64,000 bases of DNA from a virus, in the IMG/VR virus record IMGVR_UViG_3300032164_000001. One strand, given 5' to 3'. Within the stretch, counting starts at the first letter, position 1; every line of letters begins with the position of its first letter. Under the pieces are notes generated by a model, which saw only the letters and a program-made list of their open reading frames with translations, was not told where the DNA came from and did no database searches. Shown here piece by piece: positions 17,038-25,877 of this stretch. The position numbers were made by a program, and so were the translations under genes.

Positions 17038-18555
17038 CTAGCCAATGACGGACATACGGGCGGAGATGCCTTCTCCTGAATGCCACCCATCGTCTTCCTC
17101 GGCAACCTCGCTGTAGCGAAGCACGCGAATCGCATATGCAAAAGCGTCACCGAGGTCCTTGTCTCCACTGGCAGTGAAGGACAGCAGCTGACTGATGAGA
17201 TCTCCACGTCGTGCGACGTCAGGGTTGCTGCGAGGGTCGAGGTTCGGATTGAAGAAGATGAGCTTGGACTCGAAGGCCGGCAGGGTGGCCATGAGTCGGA
17301 GCTCTTTGCTTTGATTGCCTGGGCGCACGGGGAAAATGGGCAATGGCACCTCTGATCGTTCCATCAAGTACTCACGCAGTGCGCGTTGGTAACCTGTTTC
17401 CTCGATGGCAATCATGTCCGGACGCCAACGGCGTGCCTCGGCGATGATGGCCTGTCCCTGTTCGGTGAATCCGAGCTTGTTGTGCCAGGCGTCGGCGATG
17501 AAGGAGAAGTTACGCTCGCGGTCGTGCAACACGGTGACACAGGCGAAGTAGGATGATTGACGCTTGTCGGTGATGGCCAAGTCGTAGGCCTGAACGCAGT
17601 ACAGTCGGCGTGGGTCTCCCAGGAGATCTGCATCATAGAATTGAATGTGCTCCGACTTAACAATGGCCATGGAGGCAGAGATCGCCTTGCAGCGATACGC
17701 CCTATCGTACTCCATGGGCCCCACTTCTCTACGCAGACTCATTAGAGCTTGCCGATGCCATCGACCGGGCCATAGTGGAAGATATGGGTCTTCGTCGGTG
17801 CCTACAGCATAGATGTAGGACTTCCATTCAGGATTGACTCTCAATGATGCGATAACATCTTCGGAGTGATGAGGTGTGCCTATCGATATAGCTACACCAT
17901 CCTCTTCCAGCATAGGCAATACTTCAGCGTAAACTTTCTTCTTGATTGATTCTCTAAATTGAGGATAGACTAGTGCTGTTCTGAAGTCAGAAATATCGTC
18001 GAGTAGAACCATATCTGCCCTACCGCCTTCGACCGAACTCATGATGCCGGAGGCTTCGAGTGAGGGATCCTTCGATTGTACACTACGTGAAATTTGTATG
18101 GAGCTCTTGTGCCAAATCCCTTTATGGGCTGGAATGAGGTCTGGGAATACAAGTCTGACTAGTTTGTTTGTCTTTATCATGTCTGATATTAGAGACAGCC
18201 TCTCGCGTGCCTTTTCATCTGACTGAGTGAATAGCTTGATTCTTATGTTAGGATTTGTTCCCAGTTTCCAGATTAGAAATGCGAGTGCGACCGAGGTTTT
18301 GGCGTGCGATTTGGCTGCCTCGATTTGCACACGTCTATACTTCTGGAAATGTGCCAACCATTCACGATGGAATGGTTCCAGTTTGATACGCTTGCCTTGC
18401 GTGGTGCGCCAGATGAATTCCATGAAGGCTGCAGGGTCTTTCCGAGCGGCCAAGATCTGTGTCTTCAACCTGGCCGCCGAGGCCAGCATCATTCTGGCTC
18501 GGGCTGCCTCCTTCTGCTCGCCTTCCGGCATCGGGTGTTTCTTGCCACCGGGCAT
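17038..18555 (-). CDS. terL: terminase large subunit
   Basis: Walker A-like AAKSHAKT, GGRADMVLLDD, IGTPHH.ED, LWP.RW, nuclease YDLA, IEETGYQ, K..R, and DKDLGDA. Confidence 0.9.
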   Translation of the reverse strand: MPGGKKHPMPEGEQKEAARARMMLASAARLKTQILAARKDPAAFMEFIWRTTQGKRIKLEPFHREWLAHFQKYRRVQIEAAKSHAKTSVALAFLIWKLGTNPNIRIKLFTQSDEKARERLSLISDMIKTNKLVRLVFPDLIPAHKGIWHKSSIQISRSVQSKDPSLEASGIMSSVEGGRADMVLLDDISDFRTALVYPQFRESIKKKVYAEVLPMLEEDGVAISIGTPHHSEDVIASLRVNPEWKSYIYAVGTDEDPYLPLWPGRWHRQALMSLRREVGPMEYDRAYRCKAISASMAIVKSEHIQFYDADLLGDPRRLYCVQAYDLAITDKRQSSYFACVTVLHDRERNFSFIADAWHNKLGFTEQGQAIIAEARRWRPDMIAIEETGYQRALREYLMERSEVPLPIFPVRPGNQSKELRLMATLPAFESKLIFFNPNLDPRSNPDVARRGDLISQLLSFTASGDKDLGDAFAYAIRVLRYSEVAEEDDGWHSGEGISARMSVIG

Positions 18556-18590
18556 AGGAACTAGACTCCTTTTTCCGTAGCAACCATGGC

Positions 18591-19580
18591 TTAGACTCCT
18601 GCTGCCAGTTCGAGCTCGTCCTCGTCTATATCCTCCAGCTCATCCATTGTTTCCTCTGGAGAGAACGCGCCATCCGATGGAAATCCGATGTCCGATTGCT
18701 CAAAGCCTGCTTCGGATGGTATGGAGTCGACGAGTGTTGAATTCACATCAATCACACCACTGGATATGGCCTCAATCACAGCATCTGTCAGGTCGCTCTC
18801 CAAGTCACTCTTGGCATCTGTTGGCTCTGAAACTTCTGCATCTGCCAGTGCGTGGTCTTCTGCAACACTGGTGCCCACGGCCTCCACGACACGGCGTCGT
18901 TGGTCGAGGATGCGATCTGGGAGCTCACCCGAGCCAGCCATTGCTTCCAGCTCTTCATTGCTGCAGCGCTCGAGCAAGATACCGATCTCGATACCGAGGA
19001 TGTTCTCGGGCCGACCCATCTGCATTTGTTCAATCTTCATGGCCTTCTCGACAACGGTGGTGGAACTTTCCAGTGACCTGATGATCTGGTAGATGAGCTT
19101 CGGAGAAATTTCTGGCATCTCGAAGTCGTCGGCTTCTAGCTTCTCGATGACCTTGGCCGCATACATCTGAGACATCTTCGCCGACTGCAGCGCGGACTTC
19201 ATCGAGATCCGTGCTGCCATGGCCTCCTCCGCTGCCTGACGGGCCGCCTCGCCCTTCGTAACCGCTGCCTCCTCCCAGGAGTCACGGAAGACGGCCATCT
19301 CCTTGTGCACGGTCGAGCCAGTCACCATGAGCTCGATGAAGGGAGGCAAGCTCTGGTTCGGCCAGCCAAGCATCACCGCACGCCTGGCAATACGCTTTCC
19401 AACGCCTCCTGCAGCCATCACCGTTGCAATCGTGGGGCGTTCTCGATAGGCCGCAAGCATCTTGTCCCATGTGGCACGATCCACGCCGTAGTTGCGCAGA
19501 TTCACCATGACAGCTTTCACGGTCGTGGCACTCTTGGCACGCTTCACGGTCGTGACGCTCTTGGCACGCTTCACGCTCAT
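18591..19580 (-). CDS. putative terminase small subunit / DNA-binding protein
   Basis: Directly upstream of terL. HTH-like N-terminus, helical middle, acidic tail. GGAGAG RBS. Function assigned by position only. Confidence 0.5.
   Translation of the reverse strand: MSVKRAKSVTTVKRAKSATTVKAVMVNLRNYGVDRATWDKMLAAYRERPTIATVMAAGGVGKRIARRAVMLGWPNQSLPPFIELMVTGSTVHKEMAVFRDSWEEAAVTKGEAARQAAEEAMAARISMKSALQSAKMSQMYAAKVIEKLEADDFEMPEISPKLIYQIIRSLESSTTVVEKAMKIEQMQMGRPENILGIEIGILLERCSNEELEAMAGSGELPDRILDQRRRVVEAVGTSVAEDHALADAEVSEPTDAKSDLESDLTDAVIEAISSGVIDVNSTLVDSIPSEAGFEQSDIGFPSDGAFSPEETMDELEDIDEDELELAAGV
19515..19577 (-). repeat. 27-bp tandem duplication encoding VKRAKS(V/A)TT
   Basis: Seen in both DNA and protein. 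Confidence 0.8.
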
Positions 19581-19738
19581 CTCAAGCTCTCCATGTTTTT
19601 CCGATAGTAGCAGGCATATGTGCCACTTACAAGCACACTTTGGCACTTTGTGACATCACTGACACGGTTTTGCTTGCAAAGCTAAAAGTTCGATGGTAGT
19701 AGAAATAAGGAACACCTGATGACAAGGAGCAACATCCA

Positions 19739-20080
19739 GTGTCACCAGTGGACATGAGCTTGGTCAAATCGACGCCGAGATCGAAGCAGAAGCATCACAG
19801 GTCCGGGACGAAGCGTGCTCGGCTCCAGTCTCGACTGACCCAGACCATGCGCGTGCGTGGGTACATGATGGTGTGCGAGGTAGCAGAAAAGATTGGAATT
19901 CATCACATAACAGTCTACCGATGGATCCACGATGGTAAGATCAAAGCCAAGGATTTCTCAGGGGCCTACTACGTCGACTGGTTGTCTGTCATGGACTACC
20001 TCGGCGACGTGGCCGAGATTCTGGGTTTACACCCAGACGAACCTACAAGAGACATCGAGGCCGGCAATGTTGAAGGATGA
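19739..20080 (+). CDS. Xis/MerR-like helix-turn-helix (HTH_17) DNA-binding protein
   Basis: YMMVCEVAEKIGIHHITVYRWIHDGKIKA, AAGGAG RBS. Confidence 0.85.
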   Translation: MSPVDMSLVKSTPRSKQKHHRSGTKRARLQSRLTQTMRVRGYMMVCEVAEKIGIHHITVYRWIHDGKIKAKDFSGAYYVDWLSVMDYLGDVAEILGLHPDEPTRDIEAGNVEG

Positions 20081-20315
20081 GATGCAATCGAAGTTGGCCA
20101 GAGTATTTCGTGCTATATACGCACTGCTGCTGGGAGCGATCGGACTTGTCTTCATCGTGATTTTCTTGACTGCGCTCATCTGGCCTCTGGCCTTGTACGT
20201 TACAGAGCAGCACATCGGCTTCCTTCGACTGTCCGCTGTCGTTCTCGTCGCTCTGATCCTGCAGTTGCCAACCCTTGCAGTTCTCAGTGCGAAGAAGAAA
20301 GGCCAACCGTTATGA
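20067..20315 (+). CDS. small membrane protein (2 TM segments)
   Basis: Two hydrophobic stretches and a basic tail. Confidence 0.6.
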   Translation: MLKDEMQSKLARVFRAIYALLLGAIGLVFIVIFLTALIWPLALYVTEQHIGFLRLSAVVLVALILQLPTLAVLSAKKKGQPL

Positions 20316-20590
20316 CCTATCGCTACGAGCTCCCCGCTGTCGAGCGTATACTCGAACGAATCAGGGCGCTGTCTGTTCCGGACCTGCTCAAGTTCATCGT
20401 CGATGCCTGTTGCTCGATTGTTCCTTCCACCGAGGCAGCGAATGCACAGGACATCTGGGCTGAGTGGAAGGAACGCTCGCTATGGGAAAAGCAGGCGGTG
20501 CTCTTCGGCCTGACGCTGGACATGGCCAGGATCGTCAGCGGTTGCGCCAAGACTCTTGCTGAGCAGGCGAGAGTTGAAGAGACTCTCTGA
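20312..20590 (+). CDS. hypothetical protein
   Basis: ATGA-coupled ORF. Confidence 0.6.
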   Translation: MTYRYELPAVERILERIRALSVPDLLKFIVDACCSIVPSTEAANAQDIWAEWKERSLWEKQAVLFGLTLDMARIVSGCAKTLAEQARVEETL

Positions 20591-20937
20591 TGCCTGATGA
20601 GTTGCTTGAGTATCTGAGTGCCATCGTCTCGGATCGACGCAATGGACAGGACGTGCAGCGTCTCGCCGCCCGTCTGCTGGCCAGCTGGCGAGCGGGCCTT
20701 GTTCTGCCTCCGAGCAGTCTGAGAGAGCTGCGTCGAATACTGGAGCGTCCTGTCCCCTGTTCCAGACTGCAGAGCGATGGCTCGTGCCTCTGGCTGCGCA
20801 AATACGCTAACGTCGAGGGTCTCCCACTGCCAGAGGCTGGCAAACGCGCCTTTTGCCATCGTCAGCTCAACGGTACAGAAGCTCAGCGCTACGACCAGTG
20901 CAACGGTTTCAGCAAGCGACTCGCCTCGAAGGAATAG
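20590..20937 (+). CDS. hypothetical Cys-containing protein
   Basis: TGATG-coupled ORF. Confidence 0.6.
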   Translation: MPDELLEYLSAIVSDRRNGQDVQRLAARLLASWRAGLVLPPSSLRELRRILERPVPCSRLQSDGSCLWLRKYANVEGLPLPEAGKRAFCHRQLNGTEAQRYDQCNGFSKRLASKE

Positions 20938-20979
20938 ACACCATCCATCATCGGCCTGGCGAATCGGTGTCGATTTTTC

Positions 20980-21048
20980 TTGACAGTTCACTCCGGCATA
21001 ATGTAAAATATGGGTGGTTTGGGTGGGTTAAGGTTTGTATGCATATGC
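20980..21048 (+). promoter_or_regulatory. Promoter cassette copy 4
   Basis: TTGACA (20980-20985), 18 bp, TAAAAT (21004-21009), then GGGTGGTTTGGGTGGG...GTTTGTATGCATATGC. Confidence 0.8.
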
Positions 21049-21310
21049 TTTTCTACTGAAGAACCCGCAATTATTGGATATTTGCATGGACAAGAATCCA
21101 CCGAAGAGAGTCACCTGTGCGCACTGCCGCAGGCGCAGGCGTGCGAAGTTCATGGAATGGCACGAAACGATATCGGTGTGGCAGTGCAGAGACTTCTGCG
21201 AGTGCGACGATCACCGTGGGGCCGAGCGGCCCCTACAATTTGGCGGGCTCGACGGATTCGGCGGACTTGGCAGGCTCAGTGGGTTCGGTTGGATCAAAGG
21301 TTTCAACTGA
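21035..21310 (+). CDS. small Cys/Arg-rich protein (TTG start, or ATG at 21086)
   Basis: CAHC...C....C. Overlaps the convergent holin-like gene by 78 nt. Confidence 0.5.
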   Translation: MYAYAFLLKNPQLLDICMDKNPPKRVTCAHCRRRRRAKFMEWHETISVWQCRDFCECDDHRGAERPLQFGGLDGFGGLGRLSGFGWIKGFN

Positions 21311-21781
21311 CGGCTTGACTGCTTCCGTTTTGCTGGAATCAGGTTCTGCCTTGGCCAGCACTGCCGGGTATTCCCCGGTCTTGGCTTTCACCTTCTCGAT
21401 GACCTTTTTGTGCAGCTCCAGGAGCTCCATCGGGTCGTCGGGCAGCGTGACGCCTGCGACTACCTCCAGGCGCTTCTTGAACACCGTGTAGGCGAACAGC
21501 GAGAGCAGGCCGCAGACCACGCCGAGGATGAGCCTTCCGGCGATGTGCTGGTTCGAGTCGGTCAACCAGTTCGGGATGAAGCTGGCCAGTGCGCCAAGCA
21601 CAGGGTTCAGCGGCGTGAGCACGAAGGCCTTGAACCAGCTCTTGTCCATGAGCCTGCCGAGCGGTGAGAACCTGACCCCCATGGCTTTCAGAGTCGTCAC
21701 GGCTGCCATGATGGCCAAACACGTGGCGAGGAACTGCCAGCGCAGGAAGACGTCTGTCAGGTCGATGACTTGTTGTTTCAT
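21233..21781 (-). CDS. holin-like membrane protein (3 TM)
   Basis: Three hydrophobic segments, charged C-terminus, last gene of the structural operon. Confidence 0.55.
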   Translation of the reverse strand: MKQQVIDLTDVFLRWQFLATCLAIMAAVTTLKAMGVRFSPLGRLMDKSWFKAFVLTPLNPVLGALASFIPNWLTDSNQHIAGRLILGVVCGLLSLFAYTVFKKRLEVVAGVTLPDDPMELLELHKKVIEKVKAKTGEYPAVLAKAEPDSSKTEAVKPSVETFDPTEPTEPAKSAESVEPAKL

Positions 21782-21783
21782 GT

Positions 21784-22389
21784 TTATGCTCCTAGTCCTA
21801 CTTTCTGGAACATCACGTGGTGCGCTGCTTCATTCATGGGCCAACCGCACTTGTCCAGAACATGATGACTGACCTCATGTCGGAATATGGACTTGACGTA
21901 CCCAGGGTCGTTGGGCAGCATACCCACGGCGAACATGGACCCCCAGCTGTAGCCTCTCACCGTGCGGCCTAACGTGCCCAATCTCTCCTGATCCAGGAAG
22001 AGCCCTGTTAGTCCGGATATAGATTTCGTCACTTCCGCCATTGATGGCACTACCGGCCTGTCATCTCTGATGAGTGACACAGAGATCCAGAAGCTGATCA
22101 ATTCTTCTGTCCATTGCTCAATCGTGGCCTTTCCCTGCTTGTTGTTCAATTTGCCTAGCACGATTGAGATATTGTGCTTGGTGATGAAGTCTATCTTGGT
22201 TGCCTTGCATCTGATCCAATACCATGCTGGTATGCCCAACAGGAACACAGCACCCGTGGCTGCTGAAACCCATCTGCCCGGTCCGCTAGCCGTGATGGCA
22301 GCAATCAGGCACAGTGTGAAAGCACCTGCACAGATGCCTATTGGTGCTAGCAAGTCCAGTGGTTGGAAGAGTTTTCTGCTGTATGGCAT
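21784..22389 (-). CDS. membrane-anchored protein with HExxH motif
   Basis: Two N-terminal TM segments, FRHEVSHH, CAGGAG RBS. Confidence 0.65.
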   Translation of the reverse strand: MPYSRKLFQPLDLLAPIGICAGAFTLCLIAAITASGPGRWVSAATGAVFLLGIPAWYWIRCKATKIDFITKHNISIVLGKLNNKQGKATIEQWTEELISFWISVSLIRDDRPVVPSMAEVTKSISGLTGLFLDQERLGTLGRTVRGYSWGSMFAVGMLPNDPGYVKSIFRHEVSHHVLDKCGWPMNEAAHHVMFQKVGLGA

Positions 22390-22485
22390 GAGTTGTATCT
22401 CCTGTTCAGCTACCAACAGAATAAAGCTCCACTCCTCGAGCTCAATGACGACGGCACTGCAAGGGCCAATCGAGGAGTGGAGCAA

Positions 22486-25400
22486 TCACGGTTGTGTTAC
22501 TCTGAAGAAGTCAAAGCTGGCCCCAACTTCAATCCCAGCTCCGCCGTTTGTATTTGCATGCCAAAATAGACCAAATCTGGAGGGAGTGTATCCGATGGTG
22601 TGCGCACCGCGCTTAAGCCAGACTATTCCATCAGAACTGCAACTAAAAACTAGTTTAGGTGTTGCACTGACATACTGCATTTTCAGATACGTAACATTGT
22701 CGTAGCACGGTGTCAGTAGTTGATCATATGTTTGTGCTCCACCAACAAGATAGTGCAGCTCAGTTGTGCGATATTGCCCAGGACTAGCATGACCTGTCTT
22801 CCAGTCATCCAAGTTGCTGTTTGTTCCGTCATCGACGAACATGCCAAAAAAGTTGTAATCTGAAATGACTTGAACAGTGACTTTTGTCGTAATGGTCCAA
22901 TCTCCGCCCGGAACAGATTGGGAGATACAGTGCCAGTCATTGGCTTGATCGCGTGGACTAGAGTCTTGGATAATGCGTGCCCAGATTTTGCCATAGGCAA
23001 GACCCCATTCCTCTGAGTATATGCCACTCGTAGCACTGGGCTGTCCGGCCCTGATCCAGGTCCACTTGGCATCGAGGCTCTTACCATTACTACTGAACTC
23101 ATCATCCTTAGCATTGGCTGTCACTGGTGAGTCATCTGGACTGTTTGGAAGCCCAGCAACGGCAGTCAAATTGAAACCGATACGCTGATCGTGTACAGGA
23201 CAAACAGCGGTGCCAACTACCGATGTACCATTGGTGTCATACGTCTTAAAGTAGCCCTTGAGAGTATACGTTTTGGCCGTCAGGACGACCGAGGAAAGTA
23301 GTGTGTGATCACCCACGATGGAAGAGTCGACGCGCACCGCCCAGTGATTGTCTGTGTCGCCACCAATAGTAAGTTCACCTGATAGACCTTCATCCACTAC
23401 AAACTTCACACGCGCTCCACCTGCACCTCTTCGCCCCCAGAATATTCCACAGAATTCTACGTCGTATGTTCCAGCAATTGGTACCACAAGACTAGACGAG
23501 CCTGACGCAGGAAAGAATTGAACGTATCCCGCTCCAGAATCGATGGTCGTGGCTGGTTGAGCCGCCGTGACATACACACTGGCACCCCCACCACCTCCAC
23601 CTCCGCCACCGGCTGGAGTTGCCCATGCTCCGGAGCCGTCTAGGAAGTGAGTAGTGATTCCATCCAACTTAGGAAGCAGGCCATGACGGCTGACGGAAGC
23701 ATTAAGATCTGTATTATCGTCCGGAGTAGCAAGGTCATCCAGCTTGGTGTTGCCGACGAGGACAGTGTTTGCACTGGAGCCATAGGCCACCTCCTCCCAG
23801 GCATTGTTGGCGGCATTACGCTTCAGGAAGCCATTGACGGAGTTCGATGGAAGTGGATCGTCGTTAAGGCCAACTACAGTGGGTGCAGTAGCTGTGCCTC
23901 CCAGGTCATTGGTGAGTTGCACTATGCCCGGCACGGTGCCAGATGCAAATGAGACCCACGAATCTAAATGGCTGAAAGCATCTGCCACTGGTATGGCACC
24001 GGGGCCTGGTGTGCCCGTGGCAACTAGGTCATCGCCTCCAGGCAAGTGTGACGAAGCATGATGCAGCGGCCATCGATCGTCGGACAGCCGTCCATCATTG
24101 CCAACGCAAGCGTTAGTCCCTCCAGTGCCATATGTAGTCAAGCCCTTGACAGAGGCACCGGCATCGGAAATCCATGCATCCAGTTTGCCCGAGCCATCAG
24201 CCTTTGCAATGGCGTTCGCCGCAGGTGTGGCTGTGGAAACCTCGTCATCCCCCAAGTGTTTGTGTGTGTCCTTGTGATGCAACGGCCAGCGATCATCATC
24301 CAGTCTGGGATCGTTGCCAGCACAGACGGTGTTGGCCTGCTCTCCACTGGCGTATCCGACTTCCTCCCAGGCGTTGTTGCTCACGTTGCGCTTGAGGAAG
24401 CCGCTTCCGATATGCGTCGGCAATGGATCATTGCTGAGCCCGACGACTGTCGGCTCGAGAGCGGTACCAGACAGATCATTCGTCAGACGAAGCTTGCCCT
24501 TGACCGTCGCCGTGGCATCAGAGACCCACTCATCGAGCTTGGCGTATGGATCTGCCTTGGGGATTGCATTGGCCGTTGGCGTGACGGTGGAAACCTCGTC
24601 TGTGCCAAGATGCTGATGCGTGAAGTTGTGCTCAAGAGGAAAGCGATCATTGTAGAGTCGATAATTGTCACCAGAGCAGAGCTCGCCAGGGTCGCTGCCG
24701 AATACTGGGGCGAGCTGCATCTGCTCGTTGGCACCCGGATTTAAAGTGGTCTTCGATAACCCAGTAGCGACCACGAGCTTGTCGTTCAGCACAGAGGCTG
24801 CGGTGTCGGCCGTGGTTATCTTGACGGTTGCACCACTGGACACGTCCTGCAGTCTTGGATCGTTACCTTCGCAAACGGTGCCAGCTGCAGTTCCGTATTG
24901 AAGTGCGAGTTGCAGCTTTGCGTCACCGGTCGGGGTGACAACTGTCTTCAGTACACCACCGGTGACTTCTACCTTGCTGTTGAGCTCGGCAGGCGTTGTG
25001 TCAGTGCTCACTACACGGACGACGCCGAAGTTTCCGCCGGCCAGTCTGGGATCGTTTCCGGCACAGATTGTTCCAGCTGCACTGCCAAAGACAAGCGAGA
25101 GCTGCAGCTTCTCATCTCCACCTGGAGTCAAGACCTCCTTCTCCATACCAGTGGTGACAAGAACCTTCTCATCTAAAGTAGATGGAGTGGTGTCCTCCGT
25201 GGTAACCTGCACACCGCCGAACCTGGAATCATTACCAGCGCAGACCGTTCCAGTCGTGGTGCCAAAGGCCAGCGATAGTTGCAGTTTTTCGTTGCCGCCA
25301 GGACTCAAGGTAGTCTTGGTCATACCAGTAGTGACCAACAACTTCTCGTTGAGTGTTCCGGTGTCGTCATCACTTGAAGTGACAAGGACCTCCCCAGCTA

Positions 25401-25587
25401 CTTCTCCGATGGCAGTGAGCAGACCGTCCATGACACCGGGGACAACATAGGCTTGCCCGGTGTCCTGTGTCTCATTCTCAACTTCTATGCGATAACCAGG
25501 TGTACCGATGGCTGCACGAAGCTGTGCATCACCGGAGGTGTCGGCGTAGTTCTCCAGCGCGGTCTTGATCTTCTCTTTGGTACTCAT
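22486..25587 (-). CDS. repeat-rich tail fibre / receptor-binding protein
   Basis: Repeats G..AGTVCAGND.R and HxxxHxxxGxDxV, poly-Gly hinge, beta-rich C-terminal domain, located after the baseplate genes. Confidence 0.7.
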   Translation of the reverse strand: MSTKEKIKTALENYADTSGDAQLRAAIGTPGYRIEVENETQDTGQAYVVPGVMDGLLTAIGEVAGEVLVTSSDDDTGTLNEKLLVTTGMTKTTLSPGGNEKLQLSLAFGTTTGTVCAGNDSRFGGVQVTTEDTTPSTLDEKVLVTTGMEKEVLTPGGDEKLQLSLVFGSAAGTICAGNDPRLAGGNFGVVRVVSTDTTPAELNSKVEVTGGVLKTVVTPTGDAKLQLALQYGTAAGTVCEGNDPRLQDVSSGATVKITTADTAASVLNDKLVVATGLSKTTLNPGANEQMQLAPVFGSDPGELCSGDNYRLYNDRFPLEHNFTHQHLGTDEVSTVTPTANAIPKADPYAKLDEWVSDATATVKGKLRLTNDLSGTALEPTVVGLSNDPLPTHIGSGFLKRNVSNNAWEEVGYASGEQANTVCAGNDPRLDDDRWPLHHKDTHKHLGDDEVSTATPAANAIAKADGSGKLDAWISDAGASVKGLTTYGTGGTNACVGNDGRLSDDRWPLHHASSHLPGGDDLVATGTPGPGAIPVADAFSHLDSWVSFASGTVPGIVQLTNDLGGTATAPTVVGLNDDPLPSNSVNGFLKRNAANNAWEEVAYGSSANTVLVGNTKLDDLATPDDNTDLNASVSRHGLLPKLDGITTHFLDGSGAWATPAGGGGGGGGGASVYVTAAQPATTIDSGAGYVQFFPASGSSSLVVPIAGTYDVEFCGIFWGRRGAGGARVKFVVDEGLSGELTIGGDTDNHWAVRVDSSIVGDHTLLSSVVLTAKTYTLKGYFKTYDTNGTSVVGTAVCPVHDQRIGFNLTAVAGLPNSPDDSPVTANAKDDEFSSNGKSLDAKWTWIRAGQPSATSGIYSEEWGLAYGKIWARIIQDSSPRDQANDWHCISQSVPGGDWTITTKVTVQVISDYNFFGMFVDDGTNSNLDDWKTGHASPGQYRTTELHYLVGGAQTYDQLLTPCYDNVTYLKMQYVSATPKLVFSCSSDGIVWLKRGAHTIGYTPSRFGLFWHANTNGGAGIEVGASFDFFRVTQP

Positions 25588-25589
25588 GT

Positions 25590-25868
25590 TTACTTATGCT
25601 TAGCGCCTGGTGGCTTGCGCCAGACGGTTGTTTGGCCTTTGTGCTCCAGAGGTTTATGCGGTGGATGGGCGCAATATGCTACAAGTCTGCCATCCACGGT
25701 GAAGCTTAAAGACCTGACAGGCGGAAATTCGCTGTGCTGTTTCAATACTTCCATGGCGTGCTTGCGAATCTCTTCATGACTCACGCCAACGGCTAACAAT
25801 GTCAGATTCTGCTTCACCTGCTTGCCATCCGGACCATCGACATGGACTTCTATCTGCATTGTTTTCAT
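25590..25868 (-). CDS. hypothetical protein
   Basis: 92-aa ORF tightly packed in the operon. Confidence 0.6.
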   Translation of the reverse strand: MKTMQIEVHVDGPDGKQVKQNLTLLAVGVSHEEIRKHAMEVLKQHSEFPPVRSLSFTVDGRLVAYCAHPPHKPLEHKGQTTVWRKPPGAKHK

Positions 25869-25877
25869 GTTGGAGTC

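Noticed and set aside
19739-20080. Excisionase implying an integration module
   Set aside because: No integrase or att-like site was recognised in the window, and HTH_17 proteins are often regulators.
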